NCBI GenBank assembly: GCA_964016885.1
Contig: OZ024740.1
Coordinates: 290,594,001-290,658,000 of the forward strand
Length of the DNA stretch: 64,000 bases
Source: Eledone cirrhosa
Lineage: Eukaryota
Reading direction: 5' to 3'
The translations under genes and the position numbers were made by a program. Shown in pieces: positions 1 through 13,059 of this stretch (its first letter is position 1; each line of letters starts with the position of its first letter). The notes under the pieces were generated by a model. The model was not told where the DNA came from. It saw only the letters and a program-made list of their open reading frames with translations, and ran no database searches.

Positions 1-2259
1 TTTTATTTGGGTGCCCCGTTTTTTATTTGGGTGCCCCGTTTTTTATTTGGGTGCCCCGTTTTTTTATGGGGGGGGTCCGTTTTTTATCTGGGTACCCCGT
101 TTTTTATTTGGGTACCCCGTTTTTTATTTGGGTGCCCCGTTTTTTTATGGGGGGGGGTCCGTTTTTTATTTGGGTACCCCGTTTTTTATTTGGGTGCCCC
201 GTTTTTTATTTGGGTGCCCCGTTTTCTATTTGGGTGCCCCGTTTTTTTATGGGGGGGGGTCCGTTTTTTATTTGGATACCCCGTTTTTTATTTGGGTGCC
301 CCGTTTTTTATTTGGGTGCCCCGTTTTTTATTTGGGTACCCCGTTTTTTATTTGGGCGCCCCGTTTTTTTATGGGGGGGTCAGTTTTTTATCTGGGTACC
401 CCGTTTTTTATTTGGGTACCCCGTTATTTATTTGGGTGCCCCGTTTTTTTATGGGGGGGGGTCCGTTTTTTATATGGGGGGGTCCGTTTTTTATTTGGGT
501 GCCCCGTTTTTTATTTGGGTGCCCCGTTTTTTATTTGGGTGCCCCGTTTTTTATTTGGGTACCCCGTTTTTTATTTGGGTGCCCCGTTTTTTTTATGGGG
601 GGGGTCCGTTTTTTATTTGGGTGCCCCGTTTTTTTATGGGGGGGGTCCGTTTTTTTATTTGGATACCCCGTTTTTTATTTGGGTGCCCCGTTTTTTATTT
701 GGGTGCCCCGTTTTTTTATGGGGGGGGGTCCGTTTTTTATCTGGGTACCCCGTTTTTTATTTGGGTACCCCGTTTTTTATTTGGGTGCCCCGTTTTTTAT
801 TTGGGTGCCCCGTTTTTTATTTGGGTGCCCCGTTTTTTTTATGGGGGGGTCCGTTTTTTATTTGGGTGCCCCGTTTTTTATTTGGGTGCCCCGTTTTTTT
901 ATGGGGGGTCCGTTTTTTATTTGGGTGCCCCGTTTTTTATTTGGGTGCCTCGTTTTTTATTTGGGTGCCCCGTTATTTTATGGGGGGGTCCGTTTTTTAT
1001 TTGGGTGCCCCGTTTTTTATTTGGGTGCCCCGTTTTTTGATGGGGGGGTCCGTTTTTTATTTGGGTGCCCCGTTTTTTATTTGGGTGCCCCGTTTTTTTA
1101 TGGGTGGGTCCGTTTTTTATTTGGGTGCCCCGTTTTTTTATGGGGGGGTCCGTTTTTTATTTGGGTGCCCCGTTTTTTATTTGGGTAACCCGTTTTTTTA
1201 TGGGGGGGTCCGTTTTTTATCTGGGTACCCCGTTTTTTATTTGGGTACCCCGTTTTTTATTTGGGTGACCCGTTTTTTATTTGGGTGCCCCGTTTTTTTT
1301 ATGGGGGGGTCCGTTTTTTATTTGGGTGCCCCGTTTTTTATTTGGGTGCCCCGTTTTTTTATGGGGGGGTCCGTTTTTTATCTGGGTACCCCGTTTTTTA
1401 TTTGGGTGCCCCTTTTTTTTATGGGGGGGTCCGTTTTTTATTTGGGTGCCCTATTTTTTATTTAGGTGCCCCGTTTTTTATTTGGGTGCCCCGTTTTTTA
1501 TTTGGGTGCCCCGTTTTTTTATGGGGGGGGTCCGTTTTTTATTTGGGTGCCCCGTTTTTTATTTGGGTGCCCCGTTTTTTTTATGGGGGGGTCCGTTTTT
1601 TATTTGGGTGCCCCGTTTTTTATTTGGGTGCCCCGTTTTTTTATGGGGGGGTCCGTTTTTTATCTGGGTACCCCGTTTTTTATTTGGGTACCCCGTTTTT
1701 TATTTGGGTGCCCCGTTTTTTATTTGGGTGCCCCGTTTTTTATTTGGGTGCCCCGTTTTTTATTTGGGTACCCCGTTTTTTATTTGGGTGCCCCTTTTTT
1801 TATGGGGGGGGTCCGTTTTTTATTTGGGTGCCCTATTTTTTATTTAGGTGCCCCGTTTTTTATTTGGGTGCCCCGTTTTTTATTTGGGTGCCCCGTTTTT
1901 TTATGGGGGGGGTCCGTTTTTTATTTGGGTGCCCCGTTTTTTATTTGGGTGCCCCGTTTTTTTATGGGGGGATCCGTTTTTTATTTGGGTACCCCGTTTT
2001 TTATTTGGGTGCCCCGTTTTTTTATGGTGGGGGGTCCGTTTTTTATTTGGATACCCCGTTTTTTATTTGGGTGCCCCGTTTTTTATTTGGGTGCCCCGTT
2101 TTTTTATGGGGGGGTCCGTTTTTTATTTGGGTGACCCGTTTTTTAATGGGGGGGGTCCGTTTTTTATTTGGATACCCCGTTTTTTATTTGGGTGCCCCGT
2201 GTTTTTATGGGGGGGTCCGTTTTTTATCTGGGTACCCCGTTTTTTATTTGGGTACCCCG

Positions 2260-4900
2260 TTTTTTATTTGGGTGCCCCGTTTTTTTATGGGGGGTCCGTT
2301 TTTTATTTCGGTGCGCCGTTTTTTGATGGGGGGGTCCGTTTTTTATTTGGTTGTCCCGTTTTTTATTTGGGTGCCTCGTTTTTTATTTGGGTGCCCCGTT
2401 TTTTTATGGGGGGTCCGTTTTTCATTTGGGTGCCCCGTTTTTTATTTGGGTGCCCCGTTTTTTATTTGGGTGCCCCGTTTTTTTTATGGGGGGGTCCGTT
2501 TTTTATTTGGGTGCCCCGTTTTTTATTTGGGTGCCCCGTTTTTTTATGGGGGGGTCCGTTTTTTATTTGGGTGCCCCGTTTTTTATTTGGGTGCCCCGTT
2601 TTTTTATGGGGGGTTCCGTTTTTTATTTGGGTGCCCTATTTTTTATTTGGGCGCCCCGTTTTTTATTTGGGTGCCCCGTTTTTTATTTGGGTACCCCGTT
2701 TTTTATTTGGGTGCCCCGTTTTTTATTTGGGTGCCCCGTTTTTTATTTGGGTGCCCCGTTTTTTATTTGGGTGCCCCGTTTTTTTATGGGGGGGTCCGTT
2801 TTTTATCTGGGTACCCCGTTTTTTATTTGGGTACCCCGTTTTTTATTTGGGTGCCCCGTTTTTTTATGGGGGGGTCCGTTTTTTATTTGGATACCCCGTT
2901 TTTTATTTGGGTGCCCCGTTTTTTATTTGGGTGCCCCGTTTTTTATTTGGGTACCCCGTTATTTATTTGGGTGCCCCGTTTTTTTATGGGGGGGGTCCGT
3001 TTTTTATATGGGGGGGTCCGTTTTTTATTTGGGTGCCCCGTTTTTTATTTGGGTGCCCCGTTTTTTATTTGGGTGCCCCGTTTTTTATTTGGGTACCCCG
3101 TTTTTTATTTGGGTGCCCCGTTTTTTTTATGGGGGGGTCCGTTTTTTATTTGGGTGTCCCGTTTTTTTATGGGGGGGGTCCGTTTTTTATTTCGGTGCCC
3201 CGTTTTTTATTTGGGTACCCCGTTTTTTATTTGGGTGCCCCGTTTTTTTTATGGGGGGGTCCGTTTTTTATTTGGGTGCCCCGTTTTTTTATGGGGGGGT
3301 CGGTTTTTTTTATTTGGATACCCCGTTTTTTATTTGGGTGCCCCGTTTTTTATTTGGGTGCCCCGTTTTTTTATGGGGGGGTCCGTTTTTTATCTGGGTA
3401 CCCCGTTTTTTATTTGGGTACCCCGTTTTTTATTTGGGTGCCCCGTTTTTTATTTGGGTGCCCCGTTTTTTATTTGGGTGCCCCGTTTTTTATTTGGGGG
3501 GGTCCGTTTTTTATTTGGGTGCCCCGTTTTTTTATGGGGGGTCCGTTTTTTATTTCGGTGCGCCGTTTTTTGATGGGGGGGTCCGTTTTTTATTTGGTTG
3601 TCCCGTTTTTTATTTGGGTGCCTCGTTTTTTATTTGGGTGCCCCGTTTTTTTATGGGGGGTCCGTTTTTCATTTGGGTGCCCCGTTTTTTATTTGGGTGC
3701 CCCGTTTTTTATTTGGGTGCCCCGTTTTTTTTATGGGGGGGTCCGTTTTTTATTTGGGTGCCCCGTTTTTTATTTGGGTGCCCCGTTTTTTTATGGGGGG
3801 GGTCCGTTTTTTATTTGGGTGCCCCGTTTTTTATTTGGGTGCCCCATTTTTTTATGGGGGGTTCCGTTTTTTATTTGGGTGCCCTATTTTTTATTTGGGC
3901 GCCCCGTTTTTTATTTGGGTGCCCCGTTTTTTATTTGGGTGCCCCGTTTTTTATCTGGGTACCCCGTTTTTTATTTGGGTACCCCGTTTTTTATTTGGGT
4001 GCCCCGTTTTTTTATGGGGGGGTCCGTTTTTTATTTGGATACCCCGTTTTTTATTTGGGTGCCCCGTTTTTTATTTGGGTGCCTCGTTTTTTATTTGGGT
4101 ACCCCGTTTTTTATTTGGGTGCCCCGTTTTTTATTTGGGTGCCCCCTTTTTTATTTGGGTGCCCCGTTTTTTATTTGGGTGCCCCGTTTTTTTATGGGGG
4201 GGTCCGTTTTTTATCTGGGTACCCCGTTTTTTATTTGGGTACCCCGTTTTTTATTTGGGTGCCCCGTTTTTTATGGGGGGGTCCGTTTTTTATTTGGATA
4301 CCCCGTTTTTTATTTGGGTGCCCCGTTTTTTATTTGGGTGCCCCGTTTTTTATTTGGGTACCCCGTTATTTATTTGGGTGCCCCGTTTTTTTATGGGGGG
4401 GTCCGTTTTTTATATGGGGGGGGTCCGTTTTTTATTTGGGTGCCCCGTTTTTTATTTGGGTGCCCCGTTTTTTATTTGGGTGCCCCGTATTTTATTTGGG
4501 TACCCCGTTTTTTATTTGGGTGCCCCGTTTTTTTTATGGGGGGGTCCGTTTTTTATTTGGGTGCCCCGTTTTTTTATGGGGGGGGTCCGTTTTTTATTTC
4601 GGTGCCCCGTTTTTTATTTGGGTACCCCGTTTTTTATTTGGGTGCCCCGTTTTTTTTATGGGGGGGTCCGTTTTTTATTTGGGTGCCCCGTTTTTTTATG
4701 GGGGGGTCGGTTTTTTTATTTGGATACCCCGTTTTTTATTTGGGTGCCCCGTTTTTTATTTGGGTGCCCCGTTTTTTTATGGGGGGGTCCGTTTTTTATC
4801 TGGGTACCCCGTTTTTTATTTGGGTACCCCGTTTTTTATTTGGGTGCCCCGTTTTTTATTTGGGTGCCCCGTTTTTTATTTGGGTGCCCCGTTTTTTTTA
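2260..4900 (+). repeat. Imperfect tandem duplication, ~1.25-1.4 kb unit
   Basis: The rare-variant string TTCGGTGCGCC / TTTGATGGG / GGTTGTCCC / GCCTCG / TTTCATTT occurs at ~2308-2425 and again at ~3554-3672 (ORF starts 2351 vs 3598, offset 1247). A later marker, GGTCGG, occurs at ~3298 and ~4705 (offset ~1407, implying internal indels). Confidence 0.75.
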
Positions 4901-7900
4901 TGGGGGGGTCCGTTTTTTATTTGGGTGCCCCGTTTTTTATTTGGGTGCCCCGTTTTTTATTTGGGTGCCCCGTTTTTTATTTGGGTGCCCCGTTTTTTTA
5001 TGGGTGGGTCCGTTTTTTATTTGGGTGCCCCGTTTTTATGGGGGGGTCCGTTTTTTATTTGGGTGCCCCGTTTTTTATTTGGGTGCCCCGTTTTTTATTT
5101 GGGTGCCCCGTTTTTTTATGGGGGGGTTCGTTTTTTATCTGGGTACCCCGTTTTTTATTTGGGTACCCCGTTTTTTATTGGGTGCCCCGTTTTTTATTTG
5201 GGTGCCCCGTTTTTTATTTGGGTGCCCCGTTTTTTATTTGGGTGCCCCGTTTTTTTATGGGGGGGTCCGTTTTTTATCTGGGTACCCCGTTTTTTATTTG
5301 GGTACCCCTTTTTTTATTTGGGTGCCCCGTTTTTTATTTGGGTGCCCCGTTTTTTATTTGGGTGCCCCGTTTTTTTATGGGGGGGGCCCGTTTTTTATTT
5401 GGGTACCCCGTTTTTTATTTGAGTGCCCCGTTTTTTTATGGGGGGGGGGTCCGTTTTTTATTTGGGTACCCCGTTTTTTATTTGGGTGCCCTGTTTTTTT
5501 ATGGGGGGGTCCGTTTTTTATTTGGATACCCCGTTTTTTATTTGGGTGCCCCGTTTTTTATTTGGGTGCCTCGTTTTTTATTTGGGTACCCCGTTTTTTA
5601 TTTGGGTGCCCCGTTTTTTATTTGGGTGCCCCGTTTTTTATTTGGGTGCCCCGTTTTTTATTTGGGTGCCCCGTTTTTTTATTTTTTTATGGGGGGGTCC
5701 GTTTTTTATCTGGGTACCCCGTTTTTTATTTGGGTACCCCGTTTTTTATTTGGGTGCCCCGTTTTTTTATGGGGGGGGTCCGTTTTTTATTTGGATACCC
5801 CGTTTTTTATTTGGGTGCCCCGTTTTTTATTTGGGTGCCCCGTTTTTTATTTGGGTACCCCGTTATTTATTTGGGTGCCCCGTTTTTTTATGGGGGGGGT
5901 CCGTTTTTTATATGGGGGGGTCCGTTTTTTATTTGGGTGCCCCGTTTTTTATTTGGGTGCCCCGTTTTTTATTTGGGTGCCCCGTTTTTTATTTGGGTAT
6001 CCCTTTTTTTTATTTGGGTGCCCCGTTTTTTATTTGGGTGCCCCGTTTTTTTATGGGGGGGTCCGTTTTTTATTTGGATACCCCGTTTTTTATTTGGGTG
6101 CCCCGTTTTTTATTTGGGTGCCCCGTTTTTTATTTGGGTACCCCGTTTTTTATTTGGGCGCCCCGTTTTTTTATGGGGGGGTCCGTTTTTTATCTGGGTA
6201 CCCCGTTTTTTATTTGGGTACCCCGTTATTTATTTGGGTGCCCCGTTTTTTTATGGGGGGGGTCCGTTTTTTATATGGGGGGGGTCCGTTTTTTATTTGG
6301 GTGCCCCGTTTTTTATTTGGGTGCCCCGTTTTTTATTTGGGTGCCCCGTTTTTTATTTGGGTACCCCGTTTTTTATTTGGGTGCCCCGTTTTTTTTATGG
6401 GGGGTCCGTTTTTTATTTGGGTGCCCCGTTTTTTTATGGGGGGGGTCCGTTTTTTATTTCGGTGCCCCGTTTTTTATTTGGGTACCCCGTTTTTTATTTG
6501 GGTGCCCCGTTTTTTTTATGGGGGGGTCCGTTTTTTATTTGGGTGCGCCGTTTTTTTATGGGGGGGGTCCGTTTTTTTATTTGGATACCCCGTTTTTTAT
6601 TTGGGTGCCCCGTTTTTTATTTGGGTGCCCCGTTTTTTTATGGGGGGGGTCCGTTTTTTATCTGGGTACCCCGTTTTTTATTTGGGTACCCCGTTTTTTA
6701 TTTGGGTGCCCCGTTTTTTATTTGGGTGCCCCGTTTTTTATTTGGGTGCCCCGTTTTTTTTATGGGGGGGTCCGTTTTTTATTTGGGTGCCCCGTTTTTT
6801 ATTTGGGTGCCCCGTTTTTTTATGGGGGGTCCGTTTTTTATTTGGGTGCCCCGTTTTTTATTTGGGTGCCTCGTTTTTTATTTGGGTGCCCCGTTATTTT
6901 ATGGGGGGTCCGTTTTTTATTTGGGTGCCCCGTTTTTTATTTGGGTGCCCCGTTTTTTATTTGGGTGCCCCGTTTTTTGATGGGGGGGTCCGTTTTTTAT
7001 TTGGGTGCCCCGTTTTTTATTTGGGTGCCCCGTTTTTTTATGGGTGGGTCCGTTTTTTATTTGGGTGCCCCGTTTTTTTATGGGGGGGTCCGTTTTTTAT
7101 TTGGGTGCCCCGTTTTTTATTTGGGTGCCCCGTTTTTTATTTGGGTGCCCCGTTTTTTTATGGGGGGGTCCGTTTTTTATCTGGGTACCCCGTTTTTTAT
7201 TTGGGTACCCCGTTTTTTATTTGGGTGCCCCGTTTTTTATTTGGTGCCCCGTTTTTTTTATGGGGGGGTCCGTTTTTTATTTGGGTGCCCCGTTTTTTAT
7301 TTGGGTGCCCCGTTTTTTATTTGGGTGCCCCGTTTTTTATTTGGGTGCCCCGTTTTTTATTTGGGTGCCCCGTTTTTTTATGGGGGGGTCCGTTTTTTAT
7401 CTGGGTACCCCGTTTTTTATTTGGGTACCCCGTTTTTTATTTGGGTGCCCCGTTTTTTGTTTGGATGCCCCGTTTTTTTATGGGGGGGGTCCGTTTTTTA
7501 TTTGGGTACCCCGTTTTTTATTTCGGTGCCCCTTTTTTTATGGGGGGGGTCCGTTTTTTATTTGGGTGCCCTATTTTTTATTTGGGTGCCCCGTTTTTTT
7601 TATGGGGGGGTCCGTTTTTTATTTGGGTGCCCCGTTTTTTTATGGGGGGGCGTCCGTTTTTTTATTTGGATACCCCGTTTTTTATTTGGGTGCCCCATTT
7701 TTTATTTGGGTGCCCCGTTTTTTATTTGGGTGCCCCGTTTTTTTTATGGGGGGGTCCGTTTTTTATTTGGGTGCCCCGTTTTTTTATGGGGGGGGTCCGT
7801 TTTTTTATTTGGAAACCCCGTTTTTTATTTGTGTGCCCCGTTTTTTATTTGGGTGCCCCGTTTTTTATTTGGGTGCCCCGTTTTTTTATGGGGCGGGGTC

Positions 7901-8619
7901 CGTTTTTTATCTGGGTACCCCGTTTTTTATTTGGGTACCCCGTTTTTTATTTGGGTGCCCCGTTTTTTATTTAGGTGCCCCGTTTTTTATGGGGGTGTCC
8001 GTTTTTTATCTGGGTACCCCGTTTTTTATTTGTGTACCCCGTTTTTTATTTGGGTGCCCCGTTTTTTATTTGGGTGCCCCGTTTTTTATTTGGGTGCCCC
8101 GTTTTTTATTTAGGTGCCCCGTTTTTTTATGGGGGGGGTCCGTTTTTTATTTGGGTGCCCCGTTTTTTATTTGGGTGCCCCGTTTTTTTATGGGGGGGGT
8201 CCGTTTTTTATTTGGGTGCCCCGTTTTTTATTTGGGTGCCCCGTTTTTTTTATGGGGGGGTCCGTTTTTTATTTGGGTGCCCCGTTTTTTATTTGGGTGC
8301 CCCGTTTTTTTATGGGGGGGGGGTCCGTTTTTTATTTGGGTGCCCCGTTTTTTATTTGGGTGCCCCGTTTTTTTATGGGGGGTTCCGTTTTTTATTTGGG
8401 TGCCCTATTTTTTATTTGGGCGCCCCGTTTTTTATTTGGGTGCCCCGTTTTTATTTGGGTGCCCCGTTTTTTATCTGGGTACCCCGTTTTTTATTTGGGT
8501 GCCCCGTTTTTTATTTGGGTGCCTCGTTTTTTATTTGGGTACCCCGTTTTTTATTTGGGTGCCCCGTTTTTTATTTGGGTGCCCCGTTTTTTATTTGGGT
8601 GCCCCGTTTTTTATTTGGG

Positions 8620-10900
8620 TGCCCCGTTTTTTTATGGGGGGGTCCGTTTTTTATCTGGGTACCCCGTTTTTTATTTGGGTACCCCGTTTTTTATTTGGGT
8701 GCCCCGTTTTTTTATGGGGAGGTCCGTTTTTTATTTGGATACCCCGTTTTTTATTTTGGTGCCCCGTTCTTTATTTGGGTGCCCCGTTTTTTATTTGGGT
8801 ACCCCGTTATTTATTTGGGTGCCCCGTTTTTTTATGGGGGGGTCCGTTTTTTATATGGGGGGGTCCGTTTTTTATTTGGGTGCCCCGTTTTTTATTTGGG
8901 TGCCCCGTTTTTTATTTGGGTGCCCCGTTTTTTATTTGGGTGCCCCGTTTTTTTTATGGGGGGTCCGTTTTTTATTTGGGTGCCCCGTTTTTTATTTGGG
9001 TGCCCCGTTTTTTTATGGGGGGGTACGTTTTTTATTTGGGTGCCCCGTTTTTTATTTGGGTGCCCCGTTTTTTTATGGGTGGGTCCGTTTTTTATTTGGG
9101 TGCCCCGTTTTTTTATGGGGGGGTCCGTTTTTTATTTGGGTGCCCCGTTTTTTATTTGGGTGCCCCGTTTTTTATTTGGGTGCCCCGTTTTTTTATGGGG
9201 GGGTTCGTTTTTTATCTGGGTACCCCGTTTTTTATTTGGGTACCCCGTTTTTTATTTGGGTGCCCCGTTTTTTATTTGGGTGCCCCGTTTTTTGTTTGGG
9301 TGCCCCGTTTTTTTTATGGGGGGGTCCGTTTTTTATTTGGGTGCCCCGTTTTTTATTTGGGTGCCCCGTTTTTTATTTGGGTGCCCCGTTTTTTATTTGG
9401 GTGCCCCGTTTTTTTATGGGGGGTCCGTTTTTTATCTGGGTACCCCGTTTTTTATTTGGGTACCCCGTTTTTTATTTGGGTGCCCCGTTTTTTATTTGGG
9501 TGCCCCGTTTTTTATTTGGGTGCCCCGTTTTTTTATGGGGGGGTCCGTTTTTTATCTGGGTACCCCGTTTTTTATTTGGGTACCCCGTTTTTTATTTGGG
9601 TGCCCCGTTTTTTATTTGGGTGCCCCGTTTTTTTTATGGGGGGGTCCGTTTTTTATTTGGGTGCCCCGTTTTTTATTTGGGTGCCCCGTTTTTTATTTGG
9701 GTGCCCCGTTTTTTATTTGGGTGCCCCGTTTTTTTATGGGGGGGGTCCGTTTTTTATTTGGGTGCCCCGTTTTTTATTTGGGTGCCCCGTTTTTTTATGG
9801 GGGGGTCCGTTTTTTATCTGGGTACCCCGTTTTTTATTTGGGTACCCCGTTTTTTATTTGGGTGCCCCGTTTTTTTATGGGGAGGTCCGTTTTTTATTTG
9901 GATACCCCGTTTTTTATTTGGGTGCCCCGTTTTTTATTTGGGTGCCCCGTTTTTTATTTGGGTACCCCGTTATTTATTTGGGTGCCCCGTTTTTTTATGG
10001 GGGGGTCCGTTTTTTATATGGGGGGGTCCGTTTTTTATTTGGGTGCCCCGTTTTTTATTTGGGTGCCCCGTTTTTTATTTGGGTGCCCCGTTTTTTTTAT
10101 GGGGGGGTCCGTTTTTTATTTGGGTGCCCCGTTTTTTATTTGGGTGCCCCGTTTTTTTATGGGGGGGTACGTTTTTTATTTGGGTGCCCCGTTTTTTATT
10201 TGGGTGCCCCGTTTTTTTATGGGTGGGTCCGTTTTTTATTTGGGTGCCCCGTTTTTTTATGGGGGGGTCCGTTTTTTATTTGGGTGCCCCGTTTTTTATT
10301 TGGGTGCCCCGTTTTTTATTTGGGTGCCCCGTTTTTTTATGGGGGGGTTCGTTTTTTATCTGGGTACCCCGTTTTTTATTTGGGTACCCCGTTTTTTATT
10401 TGGGTGCCCCGTTTTTTATTTGGGTGCCCCGTTTTTTGTTTGGGTGCCCCGTTTTTTTTATGGGGGGGTCCGTTTTTTATTTGGGTGCCCCGTTTTTTAT
10501 TTGGGTGCCCCATTTTTTATTTGGGTGCCCCGTTTTTTATTTGGGTGCCCCGTTTTTTTATGGGGGGTCCGTTTTTTATCTGGGTACCCCGTTTTTTATT
10601 TGGGTACCCCGTTTTTTATTTGGGTGCCCCGTTTTTTATTTGGGTGCCCCGTTTTTTATTTGGGTGCCCCGTTTTTTTATGGGGGGGTCCGTTTTTTATC
10701 TGGGTACCCCGTTTTTTATTTGGGTACCCCGTTTTTTATTTGGGTGCCCCGTTTTTTATTTGGGTGCCCCGTTTTTTTTATGGGGGGGTCCGTTTTTTAT
10801 TTGGGTGCCCCGTTTTTTATTTGGGTGCCCCGTTTTTTATTTGGGTGCCCCGTTTTTTATTTGGGTGCCCCGTTTTTTTATGGGGGGGTCCGTTTTTTAT
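8620..10900 (+). repeat. Tandem duplication, ~1.15 kb unit
   Basis: Shared rare variants appear in the same order: GGGGAGGTCC (~8716 / ~9879), GGGTACG (~9021 / ~10165), GGGTGGGTCC (~9077 / 10221), GGGTTCG and TTTGTTT. Confidence 0.8.
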
Positions 10901-13059
10901 TTGGGTGCCCCGTTTTTTTTATGGGGGGGTCCGTTTTTTATTTGGGTGCCCCGTTTTTTATTTGGGTGCCCCGTTTTTTTATGGGGGGGTACGTTTTTTA
11001 TTTGGGTGCCCCGTTTTTTATTTGGGTGCCCCGTTTTTTTATGGGGGGGTCCGTTTTTTATCTGGGTACCCCGTTTTTTATTTGGGTGCCCCGTTTTTTG
11101 TTTGGGTGCCCCGTTTTTTTTATGGGGGGGTCCGTTTTTTATTTGGGTGCCCCGTTTTTTATTTGGGTGCCCCGTTTTTTATTTGGGTGCCCCGTTTTTT
11201 TATGGGGGGGTCCGTTTTTTATCTGGGTACCCCGTTTTTTATTTGGGTACCCCGTTTTTTATTTGGGTGCCCCGTTTTTTATTTGGGTGCCCCGTTTTTT
11301 TTATGGGGGGGTCCGTTTTTTATTTGGGTGCCCCGTTTTTTATTTGGGTGCCCCGTTTTTTATTTGGGTGCCCCGTTTTTTATTTGGGTGCCCCGTTTTT
11401 TTATGGGGGGGTCCGTTTTTTATCTGGGTACCCCGTTTTTTATTTGGGTACCCCGTTTTTTATTTGGGTGCCCCGTTTTTTATTTGGGTGCCCCGTTTTT
11501 TATTTGGGTGCCCCGTTTTTTTATGGGGGGGCCCGTTTTTTATTTGGGTACCCCGTTTTTTATTTGGATGCCCCGTTTTTTTATGGGTGGGGTCCTTTTT
11601 TTATTTGGGTACCCCGTTTTTTATTTGGGTGCCCCTTTTTTTTATGGGGGGGGTCCGTTTTTTATTTGGGTGCCCTATTTTTTATTTGGGTGCCCCGTTT
11701 TTTATTTGGGTGCCCCGTTTTTTATTTGGGTGCCCCGTTTTTTTATGGGGGGGGTCCGTTTTTTATTTGGGTGCCCCGTTTTTTATTTGGGTGCCCCGTT
11801 TTTTTATGGGGGGATCCGTTTTTTATTTGGGTACCCCGTTTTTTATTTGGGGGCCCCGTTTTTTTATGGGGGGGGGGTCCGTTTTTTATTTGGATACCCC
11901 GTTTTTTATTTGGGTGCCCCGTTTTTTTATGGGGGGGCCGTTTTTTATCTGGGTACCCCGTTTTTTATTTGGGTGCCCCGTTTTTTATTTGGGTGCCCCG
12001 TTTTTTTATGGGGGGGGGCCGTTTTTTATTTGGGTGCCCCGTTTTTTATTTGGGTGACCCGTTTTTTATGGGGGGGGTCCGTTTTTTATTTGGATACCCC
12101 GTTTTTTATTTGGGTGCCCCGTGTTTTTATGGGGGGGTCCGTTTTTTATCTGGGTACCCCGTTTTTTATTTGGGTACCCCGTTTTTTATTTGGGTGCCCC
12201 GTTTTTTTATGGGGGTCCGTTTTTTATTTCGGTGCGCCGTTTTTTGATGGGGGGGTCCGTTTTTTATTTGGGTGTCCCGTTTTTTATTTGGGTGCCTCGT
12301 TTTTTATTTGGGTGCCCCGTTTTTTTATGGGGGGTCCGTTTTTCATTTGGGTGCCCCGTTTTTTATTTGGGTGCCCCGTTTTTTATTTGGGTGCCCCGTT
12401 TTTTTATGGGGGGGTCCGTTTTTTATTTGGGTGCCCCGTTTTTTTATGGGGGGGTCCGTTTTTTATTTGGGTGCCCCGTTTTTTATTTGGGTGCCCCGTT
12501 CTTTATTTGGGTGCCCCGTTTTTTATTTGGGTGCCCCGTTTTTTATTTGGGTGCCCCGTTTTTTGATGGGGGGGTCCGTTTTTTATTTGGGTGCCCCGTT
12601 TTTTATTTGGGTGCCCCGTTTTTTTATGGGGGGGTCCGTTTTTTATTTGGGTGCCCCGTTTTTTTATGGGGGGGTCCGTTTTTTATTTGGGTGCCCCGTT
12701 TTTTATGGGGGGGTCCGTTTTTTATCTGGGTACCCCGTTTTTTATTTGGGTACCCCGTTTTTTATTTGGGTGCCCCGTTTTTTATTTGGGTGCCCCGTTT
12801 TTTATTTGGGTGCCCCGTTTTTTTATGGGGGGGGTCCGTTTTTTATTTGGGTGCCCCGTTTTTTTATGGGGGGGTCCGTTTTTTATTTGGGTGCCCCATT
12901 TTTTTATGGGGGGGTCCGTTTTTTATCTGGGTACCCCGTTTTTTATTTGGGTACCCCGTTTTTTATTTGGGTGCCCCGTTTTTTATTTGGGTGCCCCGTT
13001 TTTTATTTGGGTGCCCCGTTTTTTTATGGGGGGGGTCCGTTTTTTATTTGGGTGCCCCG

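Noticed and set aside
8-26. Rho-independent terminator-like GC dyad followed by a T-tract
   Set aside because: The stem is only 3 bp with a 2-nt loop, it is repeated thousands of times, and there is no upstream gene or any prokaryotic context.
5671-5700. Apparent insertion TTTTTTTATTTTTTTATGG breaking the 20-bp phase
   Set aside because: It is an ~8-bp slippage duplication of the T7A segment, not foreign sequence or a target-site duplication.
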